Source of the DNA: Myxococcota bacterium
Lineage (GTDB): Bacteria; Myxococcota_A; Polyangia; JBBTFH01
DNA: 58,519 bases
NCBI GenBank assembly: GCA_038041915.1
Contig: JBBTFH010000110.1
Span: 1 to 58,519 of the forward strand
Reading direction: 5' to 3'
Below the pieces are notes generated by a model. That model was given only the letters and a program-made list of their open reading frames with translations. It was not told the DNA's origin and made no database searches. Each line of letters starts with the position of its first letter. The stretch's first letter is position 1. The translations under genes were made by a program, and so were the position numbers. Shown piece by piece: positions 26,671 through 34,730 of the stretch.

Positions 26671-29600
26671 TTACTCCCCCGTTTCTTGGTCGGGCCTCTC
26701 CACGTCAGCGCCCACACCGCTGCGGGATTCGGCGATCGAATCGTCGATGGCGCGGCGCTCGTCGGGGGTGACTTCGTAGAGGCGGTAGACGCGGTCGTCG
26801 AGTTCGGACTCGACGGCTTCGATCTGGCGGGCGAGGAGGGCTTTGTCGCGGTCGGAGCGGGCGGTGGCGAGGCGGGCGTAGAGGTCGGCGGCGCGCAGCG
26901 CGAGGGCGCCGAGGCCGTCGAGATCGGGGCGGCTCGCCGGGAGGCGGATCGGGAGCAGGTTGATGAAGCGCGCCTCGCACGAGTACCAGCCGCCGCGGAA
27001 CGGCGCCGAGAAGCCCGGGGGCCGGAGCAGCCATTCGAGGAGCTTGCTGTTCAGCAGCGCGAGGAGCGGCGCGGCGTACTCGGGCCTCGCGGGGAGTAGC
27101 CCGTAGCCGCCGGCGGCGCCGCCGAGGACGTAGAAGCTGCCGTCGCGGTCGATCGAGAACGCATTGCGGTCGGCCATGTCCGCGGTCAGGAGCTTCGGCC
27201 GGGAGACGACGTCGAGCGCCTGGCTCCGCCCGAACTGGTACCAGGCGGCGCCGCGGAAACGTCCGCTCTCGCGCGCGTCGAGCGCCTTCTTGTTGTCGAG
27301 CAAGTAGCGCCACGTCTTCGGGTGGTGCCGCTCGAACTCGCCCGGCGGAATTAGCCCCGCCTCTCCGTCGACGACGGAGTAGGGGAACAGGACCGCCTTG
27401 CGTGGTGCGAGCGGCGCAAAGCGCTTCATCTCGCGGCCCTTCACGATCGGCTTGAGCGGCTCCCGTTCGAGGACGACCTCGCGGTCGAGAGCCTTGGAGC
27501 GCACGCGGACGTGCTTGCCCTCGTCGGCGATGACGTCGAGCACGTAGACGGGGTCGAGGCTGGTCTTGAGTCCCTGGAAGACGCGGGGGCAGATCGCGGG
27601 GTCGCCGAGGAACGGCCCCGAGGCGCGCAGGCGATCTAAGAGCGACCGCAGCGACGCGGGGACGCCCAGATACCAGGGTCCACCATCGAGCGCGTCCCAC
27701 CCGATCTTGTGGCAGTACTTGGGAGGCACGTCCGATCCGCGCCTCATCCGCATGACGTCGGGAGACATCCGGAAGTATTCCACGTGCGGCGTCGCCGCCT
27801 TTCTGAAGAACGAGATGCACGTGTAGGTCGTTGGATCCCCGAAGACCTGTTCGTCGGCGAAATCGAAGACCGCCGCGTATTGGCGGGCCTCGGCGACCAG
27901 CCTGCGCAGCGGTGCACCGTAGGTCGCCTTCCACCAGCCGGTCGGCACGATGAAGCCGAGCCGGCCGCCCTCGCGCAGGATCTCCAGGCTGCGCTCGATG
28001 AAAACGACGTAGATGTCGTAGTTACCCTCGGCGGCGGCGCGGTAGCGCTTCTTGTAGAGCTCGACCTCGACGGGCGCCCACTCGTTGAGCGCTTGCACGC
28101 GGATGTACGGCGGGTTGCCGATGACGGCGTCGAAGCCGCTGCGGCCTCCGTCGGCCTCGGGGCGCATGATCGCGCCGAAGCCGGTTTCGTCGGCGTGCCA
28201 GTCAAAGGCGTTGATACGTCGCTCGTCGCTCTCGGTCCACGCGAGCAGCGGATCGAGATCCTGCGTTTCGAGGAGCGAGTTGCCGCAGCGGAGATTGCGC
28301 GACAGGTCGGGGAGGTACTTCGCCGCCTTGAACAGCTCCAACGATCGCTGAAGCGCGAGCGTCTCTTCGGCCTCGTCTTCGAGGAGCTTGAGATACAGGC
28401 TCATCTGCGCGACCTCGACGGCCTGCGCGTCGATGTCGACGCCGTAGAGGCAGCTCGTCAGGATCTCGCGCTTGCGCTGGAGCGTCAGGCGAAGGTTGCC
28501 GTCCTCGTCGACGTAGCAGGCGCCGCGATGCTTCTTCGCCGGGTCCGCTGCCTGCGCATAGAAGCGGAGGTGCCAGTCGATCAAGAACTGGAAGGCGCCG
28601 AGGAGGAACGAGCCGGAGCCGCACGCCGGGTCGACGATGCGCAGTGCCAGCACCTTCTCGGGCGTGGAGCCCTCGACGAGCGGGCCGATCGTGCGCTCGA
28701 CGATCGCGTCGACGATGTAGCGCGGCGTGTAGAAGACGCCGCCGGCGTGGCGGACCTCCGGCTTCTGCTCGATCTTCGCGCGGTGGCCGCCCTCGGTGAC
28801 GCGCACAACGCTGCCGAGGAACTGCTCGTAGACGGCGCCGAGCATCTCGACGGGCATGGCGTCGAAGCGGTACGCGGACTCGGGGAAGTAGAGGCTCTTG
28901 ATGAGCGCCAGCAGGCCGTCGTCGTCGTCGAACTCGGCCTCGTCGGAGAGCGCGTGCGGCGAATAGAGGCCGCCGTTGAACTGCGGCGCGAGGCGCTCGA
29001 ACAGCTCGATGACGTAGCGATAGAGCCGGCGCTTGCCGCCGTCGCGCTCCCAGCGCTCGACCGTGCGCGCGAGCGTGTGGGTGCGCTCGATGCCGCGATC
29101 TTCGGCGACGCGGGCGAACACGAGGCGATCGATGAAGCGCTGGACGGCCTCGGTCAGCTCGGCGCCATCGCGGAAGGTGTTGCGGCGCGCAAGCTCCTTG
29201 GCGACGTCCTCGCGCCAGCGCGTGAGCGATTCGAGAAAGTCGGCGTCAACGGCCTTGGCGCCGCGCGCTTTGAAGAGATCCCGTTCGAGCTGGCCGCGCT
29301 GCCGTACGTTGGCGGCGAGCGCCTCGGCCAGCAGCTTCTCGATCGAGCCCTCGGCGACGGCGTCGCGCGAGAGCACGTCGAAGAGGAGGTCGGACTGGTC
29401 GGCGTAGGCCTCGCAGGTCAGGCAGAGCCGGTCGACGCGGCCGAGCTTCGGTTTGTCGCGGTGCGGCTTGAAGGCGCCGTGGAATGTGAGCAGCTCCTCG
29501 AAGTCCGTCAGCAGGCCGAGCGGCGCGCGCTGGCTCCAGACGTAGCTCTTGAGCTGGTAGGCCGCGTCGACGTCGTTGGCGATGTCGCGCGCCGGCTGCT

Positions 29601-29904
29601 TCGCCTCGACGTAGAACTTCAGCTCGCCGCCGATGTAGAAGCCGTAGTCGGGGCGCTGGCGGTTGCCGCGCCCGGCGCGATCCTCGACGATGACCTCGCG
29701 GCCCTTGCCGACGCGGCGCTGTCCTTCCTTCACGAGCCAGCCGAGCGCCTCGAAGAACGGGTCGATGAACCCCGCGCGCACCTTGGCCTCGTCGTAGCGG
29801 CGGGGGTCCTTGAACACGGACTTGCCCTTCTCGAACTCGGAGACGAGCTTCGCGATCGTGTCCTTCGCCCCCTCGCGGCTCGACGGTGTCGACGGGTTGT
29901 GCAT
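26671..29904 (-). CDS. Type IIG restriction-modification enzyme (fused PD-(D/E)xK nuclease, gamma-class N6-adenine methyltransferase and specificity domain; Eco57I/MmeI-like)
   Basis: The N-terminal nuclease motif is RPDYGFY...LKFYVEAKQP. The SAM-binding motif is IVDPACGSGSFLLGAF. The catalytic motif is VIGNPPYIRVQ. A long C-terminal region serves target recognition. The 1077-aa frame is uninterrupted. Confidence 0.88.
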   Translation of the reverse strand: MHNPSTPSSREGAKDTIAKLVSEFEKGKSVFKDPRRYDEAKVRAGFIDPFFEALGWLVKEGQRRVGKGREVIVEDRAGRGNRQRPDYGFYIGGELKFYVEAKQPARDIANDVDAAYQLKSYVWSQRAPLGLLTDFEELLTFHGAFKPHRDKPKLGRVDRLCLTCEAYADQSDLLFDVLSRDAVAEGSIEKLLAEALAANVRQRGQLERDLFKARGAKAVDADFLESLTRWREDVAKELARRNTFRDGAELTEAVQRFIDRLVFARVAEDRGIERTHTLARTVERWERDGGKRRLYRYVIELFERLAPQFNGGLYSPHALSDEAEFDDDDGLLALIKSLYFPESAYRFDAMPVEMLGAVYEQFLGSVVRVTEGGHRAKIEQKPEVRHAGGVFYTPRYIVDAIVERTIGPLVEGSTPEKVLALRIVDPACGSGSFLLGAFQFLIDWHLRFYAQAADPAKKHRGACYVDEDGNLRLTLQRKREILTSCLYGVDIDAQAVEVAQMSLYLKLLEDEAEETLALQRSLELFKAAKYLPDLSRNLRCGNSLLETQDLDPLLAWTESDERRINAFDWHADETGFGAIMRPEADGGRSGFDAVIGNPPYIRVQALNEWAPVEVELYKKRYRAAAEGNYDIYVVFIERSLEILREGGRLGFIVPTGWWKATYGAPLRRLVAEARQYAAVFDFADEQVFGDPTTYTCISFFRKAATPHVEYFRMSPDVMRMRRGSDVPPKYCHKIGWDALDGGPWYLGVPASLRSLLDRLRASGPFLGDPAICPRVFQGLKTSLDPVYVLDVIADEGKHVRVRSKALDREVVLEREPLKPIVKGREMKRFAPLAPRKAVLFPYSVVDGEAGLIPPGEFERHHPKTWRYLLDNKKALDARESGRFRGAAWYQFGRSQALDVVSRPKLLTADMADRNAFSIDRDGSFYVLGGAAGGYGLLPARPEYAAPLLALLNSKLLEWLLRPPGFSAPFRGGWYSCEARFINLLPIRLPASRPDLDGLGALALRAADLYARLATARSDRDKALLARQIEAVESELDDRVYRLYEVTPDERRAIDDSIAESRSGVGADVERPDQETGE

Positions 29905-29906
29905 CG

Positions 29907-30239
29907 CTACTCGTCGATCGGAGCGAGGTGGTAGATCGGCCGGAGCGGCAAGAGGCGCCGTGCGGCCTCATCGAGCTTGCCGTAGTTCTCGGTCCAGAGT
30001 TCGACCAGGCGCTCCAGATCGACGAGTGTGATCTGCCGCTGCTCGCGGTGGCGCGCGAACGTCTCGGCGTCCTTCGTGAAGCCGGACGGGTACGTCGCAC
30101 GCTCGTACTGCGTCGGCGCCACGACCTCCGCGAGGGCGACAAGCGTGTCCTTTGCTTGCATGCCGTCGGGATGCGCCATGAGGATCTCGAACAGCTTCCG
30201 CAGGAACTCGCCCGTCCGACGACGCGTGATCTCAGCCAT
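29907..30239 (-). CDS. Mrr-like protein lacking the catalytic core (Mrr_N winged helix joined to the extreme C-terminal tail)
   Basis: The N-terminus reads MAEITRRRTGEFLRKLFEILMAHPDGMQAKDTL..., resembling an Mrr N-terminal wHTH. The end reads ITLVDLERLVELWTENYGKLDEAARRLLPLRPIYHLAP, resembling the tail that follows Mrr_cat domains. At 110 aa there is no room for a nuclease domain. The stop lies 2 nt before the RM start. Confidence 0.5.
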   Translation of the reverse strand: MAEITRRRTGEFLRKLFEILMAHPDGMQAKDTLVALAEVVAPTQYERATYPSGFTKDAETFARHREQRQITLVDLERLVELWTENYGKLDEAARRLLPLRPIYHLAPIDE

Positions 30240-30310
30240 GCCGGTCCTCCACGACGGCGCCGCCGCGCCGGCCGCCGGACGATAGCCAACAGCGCGCCGC
30301 GAGGGAAGGA

Positions 30311-30350
30311 CGAGGGTCCGAGGGTCCGAGGGTCCGAGGGTTCGAGCGAG
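30311..30350. repeat. 8-bp tandem repeat (cgagggtc x3 perfect plus 2 degenerate units)
   Basis: The units are cgagggtc cgagggtc cgagggtc cgagggtt cgagcgag. The array lies between the Mrr-like gene start and the integrase remnant. Confidence 0.9.
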
Positions 30351-30351
30351 G

Positions 30352-30609
30352 AGTCGTGCTTGGAGTCGGCTACTCGCGGCGGAGCTGACGTTCAACAACC
30401 TCGCGCAGCAGGTCACGTCGGGCGAGGTCGTCCGCGCGATCACGGGGCACGTCACGGCCGCGATGACCGAGCACTACTCGCACGTGGACGCGGGCGAAAA
30501 ACACGCGGCCGTGGTGCGCGTTCTGCGCCTCGTTCACGCCGGCGAAGTGGGGGATCAGGTGGGGGATCGCGTCGAGGAGCCGAGAGCCGCGGGAGCGAAA
30601 GCCGAATGA
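30352..30609 (+). pseudogene. Tyrosine-integrase C-terminal remnant (copy 1, frameshifted and truncated)
   Basis: The frame ending at TGA 30607-09 reads ..LTFNNLAQQVTSGEVVRAITGHVTAAMTEHYSHVDAGEKHAAVVRVL.., the box II / catalytic Tyr region. The expected RR(S/T)F motif just upstream is in another frame (tcg cgg cgg agc TGA). There is no N-terminal or core-binding part. Confidence 0.7.
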
Positions 30610-30616
30610 TCCTCGG

Positions 30617-30688
30617 AGCCATCGGCCGGATTTGAACCGGCGACCTGCGGTTTACGAAACCGCTGCTCTACCCCTGAGCTACGATGGC
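30617..30688 (-). tRNA. tRNA-Thr (anticodon CGT)
   Basis: The reverse complement folds as a perfect cloverleaf: GCCATCG TA GCTC AGGGGTA GAGC A GCGGT TTCGTAA ACCGC AGGTC GCCGG TTCAAAT CCGGC CGATGGC T. It is 72 nt long and the CCA tail is not fully encoded (CCG). Confidence 0.93.
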
Positions 30689-30740
30689 GAACGCGCCGTA
30701 TCTACACGATCCGCGCGGCGGACGCCACGGAAGGACGCCG

Positions 30741-31388
30741 TCAGCGCACTCGGGTCCAGCGACGCTGCGCGGGGTCGAGCGCGGGGCCGGCGTCGGCGCC
30801 GGCGTCGAGGATCGCCCACACGGCGCCGCGCACGAACGACGGCAGCACGGGGCCGAAGTCGCGGCTGTCGAAGGCCTCGCTGCGGTTGTCGGCGAGCACG
30901 AAGTAGCCTTCGGCGAGGCGCTGCTTCGCCGCGCCGGCCGCGCGGGCTTTCGGCGACCGCAGCGTCCGCACGGCGCGCTCGCCGAGGTGCTCGATCTCGA
31001 GCGTGTAGACCGCGTCGCCGAGCGGCCGGCCGTCTTTGCCGATGTGCCGCAGCACCATCTCGCCGGCGCGCTCGCGCCGCGCGGGCTCGCCGTCCAGGAT
31101 GACCGCGCCTTCCTTCACCGCGATCGTCTCCCCGGGTAGGGCCACGACGCGGCGGATCAGGAAGCGCTCGGGCTGGCGTGGGTGCCGCAGCATCACGACG
31201 TCGCCACGTTCGACCTGCGAGAACAGCCGGCTTACGAGCACGAGATCGCCGGCGACGACGGCGGGCGCCATCTCGTTGCCCTGCACGCGCACGAAATCGA
31301 ACACGTAGAGTTTGGCGACGATCGACCCGACGCCGAGCAGCATCGCGAGCACGAAGACACGCGTCAGCACGAGGTGACGGCCTCCCAC
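30741..31388 (-). CDS. Signal peptidase I (S26) homologue with both catalytic residues substituted
   Basis: One N-terminal TM segment is present. Box B reads QGNEMAP where G-x-S-M-x-P is expected. Box D reads IRRVVALPGE where K-R-x-x-G-x-P-G-D is expected. Box E is conserved (LADNRSEAFDSRDFGPV). The gene overlaps the thiE 3' end by 25 nt, or starts at the internal Met at 31343. Confidence 0.75.
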   Translation of the reverse strand: MGGRHLVLTRVFVLAMLLGVGSIVAKLYVFDFVRVQGNEMAPAVVAGDLVLVSRLFSQVERGDVVMLRHPRQPERFLIRRVVALPGETIAVKEGAVILDGEPARRERAGEMVLRHIGKDGRPLGDAVYTLEIEHLGERAVRTLRSPKARAAGAAKQRLAEGYFVLADNRSEAFDSRDFGPVLPSFVRGAVWAILDAGADAGPALDPAQRRWTRVR

Positions 31389-31960
31389 ATCGCGTGCGCC
31401 GCCGCAGCGGGATCGGGCGCGCCGAGCACGCCGTTGATGCAGGCGACGCCGTGCGCGCCGGCGGCGCGGCAGTCGCGCGCGCGCGTCGCGCTAACGCCGC
31501 CGAGCGCGAAGACCGGCAGGTCGCCGGCGGTCGCGCACGCGGCGGCGAGCGCCTGGAGCCCGACCGGCGCACTCTTGCCCGGCGTCGCGAAGACCGGCCC
31601 GAAAACCGCGAAGTCGGCGCCGGCTGCGACCCCTCCTCCCGTCGCGTGCGTCGAGCGCGCGACCAGCCGCAGGCCGAGAGCGCGCGCGTCGTGCGCGCCG
31701 ATCGAATTTTCGCGCAGGTGCACGCCGTCGGCGCCGGCGGCGATCGCGATGTCGGCGCGATCGTTCACCAGCAGCGGCGCGCCCCACCGCGCCGTCGCTT
31801 CGCGCAGCCGCAGCGCCGTTTCGTGGAGCGCGCGTCCGCTCGCGGCGCGGTCGCGTAGTTGCACCGCCGCCGCCCCCGTGGGAATCGCCGCCAGCGCACG
31901 CTCGACGGCGCCGACGATGTCGCCGATCGCCGGGTCCGTGATCAGGTACAGGCGAAACAC
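31364..31960 (-). CDS. thiE: Thiamine-phosphate synthase ThiE
   Basis: It shows LYLITD...AVQLRDR...LLVNDRADIA...GADGVHL...FGPVFATP.K.....GL..L.......LPVFALGG. Confidence 0.88.
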   Translation of the reverse strand: MFRLYLITDPAIGDIVGAVERALAAIPTGAAAVQLRDRAASGRALHETALRLREATARWGAPLLVNDRADIAIAAGADGVHLRENSIGAHDARALGLRLVARSTHATGGGVAAGADFAVFGPVFATPGKSAPVGLQALAAACATAGDLPVFALGGVSATRARDCRAAGAHGVACINGVLGAPDPAAAAHAMWEAVTSC

Positions 31961-32940
31961 TACTCGAGCATGCCTTCGGTCGGGCTCGATGCGGTCCCGT
32001 AGAGCTTGCGCGGGATGCGGCCCGCCAGGAACGCCTTGCGCCCGGCCGAGACCGCCTCGCGCATCGCCTCGGCCATGCGCACCGGATCGCGCGCGCCCGC
32101 GATGCCGGTGTTCATCAGCACACCGGCGCAGCCGAGCTCCATCGCGACGGCGGCGTCCGAAGCGGTGCCGACGCCCGCGTCAACGATCACCGGCACCTTC
32201 ACCGACTCGACGATGATGCGGATGCTGGTCGGGTTGCGGATGCCAAGCCCCGATCCGATTGGCGCGGCGAGCGGCATGACCGCCGCGCAGCCCGCGTCCT
32301 CCAGCCGCTTGCACGCGACCACGTCGTCGCCGACGTAGGGCAGCACGGTGAAGCCCTCCTTCACCAGGACGCGCGCGGCGTCGATGGTCGCGGTCGAGTC
32401 GGGGAAGAGCGTCCTTTGATCACCGATCACCTCGAGCTTGAGAAGATCCCCCAGGCCGGCCTCGCGCGCGAGGCGGGCGACGCGCACGGCCTCGTCGGCG
32501 GTGGTGCAGCCCGCCGTGTTCGGCAGCAGCGTCATGCCCGGCGGCAGCGCGTCGAGCAGCGACGGCCCCGGCGCGGCGAGATCGAGGCGCCGCACCGCGA
32601 CGGTCACGACGTCCGCGCCGCTCGCCACCAGAGCCTCGCGCATGAGCGCGAGCGTCGGGTATTTCCCGGTGCCGACGATCAGGCGCGATCGGAAGGTGCG
32701 CCCGGCGACGACCAGCGCGTCGCCATCGCCCGAATCGCCCGAGCCGCCGCCGACGAACGCGACGACCTCGACCGCGTCGTCGTCGGCGAGCACGGTCTGG
32801 GCGTGCCGCGCGCGCGGCACGACGTCGCGGTTGCGTTCGACCGCGACGCGGCGCGGATCGACGCTCATGCGAGCGAGCAGCGCGGCGACGGTCGTGCCCG
32901 GCTCGATCTCCTCGGGGCGACCGTTCACATGGACGCGCAT
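31960..32940 (-). CDS. thiG: ThiS-ThiG fusion (sulfur-carrier domain plus thiazole synthase)
   Basis: The N-terminal ~66 aa look like ThiS and end in VGGG. After a short G/S/D linker comes canonical ThiG: RLIVGTGKY...LPNTAGC...KLEVIGD...[13 protein letters not shown]...[13 protein letters not shown]. Confidence 0.9.
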   Translation of the reverse strand: MRVHVNGRPEEIEPGTTVAALLARMSVDPRRVAVERNRDVVPRARHAQTVLADDDAVEVVAFVGGGSGDSGDGDALVVAGRTFRSRLIVGTGKYPTLALMREALVASGADVVTVAVRRLDLAAPGPSLLDALPPGMTLLPNTAGCTTADEAVRVARLAREAGLGDLLKLEVIGDQRTLFPDSTATIDAARVLVKEGFTVLPYVGDDVVACKRLEDAGCAAVMPLAAPIGSGLGIRNPTSIRIIVESVKVPVIVDAGVGTASDAAVAMELGCAGVLMNTGIAGARDPVRMAEAMREAVSAGRKAFLAGRIPRKLYGTASSPTEGMLE

Positions 32941-33132
32941 GGTGGCGGACGTTTAGCGCCCCGGCGGAAGGAACACAACTGCGCGGGGCGCAGAGGGCGG
33001 TCGCCGCGACACCCGTGTCAGCCAGACCATGCCATCCGTGGCGTTACCGCGAGCAATTCCAGTGATCTCCGAGTGGCATGTGCGTTGCTTTGAACGAGAG
33101 TGGTCCCCAGCCGCCAAAAAGGAGAAAGACCC

Positions 33133-33864
33133 ATGGCGTACGCAATCCCGCTCTCCCGCCCAGCCCCGGCGCCCGACCGCCTGTCCGTGCTTCGGACCCT
33201 CTCGTTCTTCCGCGGCCTCGACGAGGGTGCGCTCGCCGATCTCGCCCGGCGCCTGTCCGTGCGCGAGCGTCCGGAGGGCGCCGTGCTGGTCGACGAGGAT
33301 TTGCCGACCGATGCGCTCTTCGTCATCGAAACAGGCCGCGCGCGCATCGTCCGCGAAGGTGAAGACGGACGCGCGGTGACGCTCGGCACGCTGCGCGCCG
33401 GCGACGTCTTCGGCGAGGTCGCGCCGCTCGACGGGCTTCCGCGCGCCGCCAGCGTCGTCGCGGCGACACAGGTGCGGCTGCTCGCCATCGGACGGGCCGC
33501 GCTGCTCGAGCACCTGCGTGCGCACCCGATCACGGCGCTGCGCCTCCTCTCGGAGCTCAGCCGCCGCTTGCGCCGCGCCGACGAGACGATCACCGATCTC
33601 GCGCTCTGCTCCGTCGACGAGAGGCTGGCGCGCACGCTCGTGGCGCTCGCCCGCGAGGACGGAGTCGACGGCCCTGAGGGCCTGATCCTGCGCGCGCGCC
33701 CGACGCAGGCGGAGCTCGCGTCGATGGTCGGCACCTGCCGCGAGACCGTCTCGCGCGCCATCGCCGCCTGGCAGCGCCGCGGCTGGGTGACGGCCAAGGG
33801 CCGCATGCTGAGCCTCTCGCGCGATCTCCTCGCCATGGCCGAGCCGCGCCGCCACGCCGCTTAG
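33133..33864 (+). CDS. Crp/Fnr-family transcriptional regulator
   Basis: A cNMP-binding domain is present (FFRGLDEGALADLA...GDVFGEVAPLDG.PRAASVVA), followed by a C-terminal HTH (TQAELASMVGTCRETVSRAI). The SD AAGGAGAAAG precedes the ATG at 33133. Confidence 0.88.
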   Translation: MAYAIPLSRPAPAPDRLSVLRTLSFFRGLDEGALADLARRLSVRERPEGAVLVDEDLPTDALFVIETGRARIVREGEDGRAVTLGTLRAGDVFGEVAPLDGLPRAASVVAATQVRLLAIGRAALLEHLRAHPITALRLLSELSRRLRRADETITDLALCSVDERLARTLVALAREDGVDGPEGLILRARPTQAELASMVGTCRETVSRAIAAWQRRGWVTAKGRMLSLSRDLLAMAEPRRHAA

Positions 33865-34083
33865 AGCCCCGTCCCAATACCCTCGGCCGCGGCGCATGCA
33901 TGGTTGGATGCGAACTGCCAGGTTCGCTGCCCGAGCGTGACGACGGGCGCGCCGGTCCAGCCGAAGGGTCGCATTGTCACGCGCGCATCATTTACGCGGC
34001 CTCTCCTGTCAGAGTGGCACCGCCGGTCGAACGCGCCGCCTGGTTACGGCGACTTGCGGTGCGGCCCCGAGTTTGCAACTTCG

Positions 34084-34626
34084 ATGGTCATGGAGAACAA
34101 AACGGATTTCACGCTGGCGACCCGCGCCGCGGATCGCGATCCCAAAGCCTGGCGCGCGATCTGGCGGCACCTGCGTGCGCCGCTGGTGCGCACGCTCGCG
34201 CGCTTCGCCCCGTCGCGGGCCGACGATCTTTTCGGCGACCTCTGCGTCGCACTCCTCGAGGACGGCGGGCGGCGCCTCCGCGCCTACGATCCGGCGCGCG
34301 GCAGCCTGCGCACGTACCTCGGCGCCATCGCGCGCAACCTCGCGCTCAACCAGCTGCGCCGCCCGTCGCACGCGCCGATCGAGGGCGACACGCCCTTCGT
34401 GGGCGACGATCCGCTCGCCGAGCTCATCGCGCGCGAGCAGGCCGTCCTCGCACGCGCGCTGGTCGCGACACTCGGCGCCCGCGATGCGGAGCTCTTGCGC
34501 CTGCACCTCGTCGATGGCCTGCGCCCGCGCGCCGTCGCCGCGGCGATGGGCATCTCCGAGACCACCGTCTACACGAAGAAGCACAAGCTGGTCCGCCGCC
34601 TCGCCCGAATCGCCATGGCGGCGTGA
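34084..34626 (+). CDS. ECF-type RNA polymerase sigma factor
   Basis: Region 2-like (DLFGDLCVALLE...LRTYLGAIARNLALN) and region 4 HTH (LRLHLVDGLRPRAVAAAMGISETTVYTKKHKLVRRL) segments are present. The last 53 nt lie inside the left 69-bp direct repeat. Confidence 0.8.
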   Translation: MVMENKTDFTLATRAADRDPKAWRAIWRHLRAPLVRTLARFAPSRADDLFGDLCVALLEDGGRRLRAYDPARGSLRTYLGAIARNLALNQLRRPSHAPIEGDTPFVGDDPLAELIAREQAVLARALVATLGARDAELLRLHLVDGLRPRAVAAAMGISETTVYTKKHKLVRRLARIAMAA

Positions 34627-34642
34627 CCCAGCGCCGCCGGGT
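34574..34642. repeat. Left copy of a perfect 69-bp direct repeat (covers the 3' end and stop of the ECF sigma gene)
   Basis: cgaagaagcacaagctggtccgccgcctcgcccgaatcgccatggcggcgtgacccagcgccgccgggt is identical base for base to 35504-35572. Confidence 0.97.
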
Positions 34643-34650
34643 CGCCACCA

Positions 34651-34692
34651 CGGCCCGAGCACGGCAACGGCCCGAGCACGGCAACGGCCCGA
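34651..34692. repeat. 17-bp tandem repeat (cggcccgagcacggcaa x2 plus an 8-nt partial unit)
   Basis: Units at 34651-67 and 34668-84 are identical, and a partial unit lies at 34685-92. The array begins 9 nt right of the left 69-bp repeat. Confidence 0.9.
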
Positions 34693-34730
34693 TCGTCGCG
34701 CCGGCCGGGCTTTCGCGATAAACTACGGTC

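Larger units (their letters stand above)
23235..30658. mobile_element. Two tandem, degraded integrative islands at the 3' end of tRNA-Thr(CGT)
   Basis: Three direct copies of the tRNA 3' portion occur at 23235-23280, 24418-24462 and 30614-30658. Integrase C-terminal remnants lie next to the second and third copies. The cargo consists of TA, RM and protease genes. GC is locally lower: line 25801-25860 is 29/60 G+C by hand count. Confidence 0.85.

Noticed and set aside
32941-33132. A possible TPP (THI-box) riboswitch upstream of thiS-thiG.
   Set aside because: I read both strands for the CUGAGA and ACCUGAUCUGGAUAAUGCCAGCG-type elements. Only a vague GGCTGAC was seen, with no convincing THI-box. 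An Infernal scan (RF00059) would settle it.
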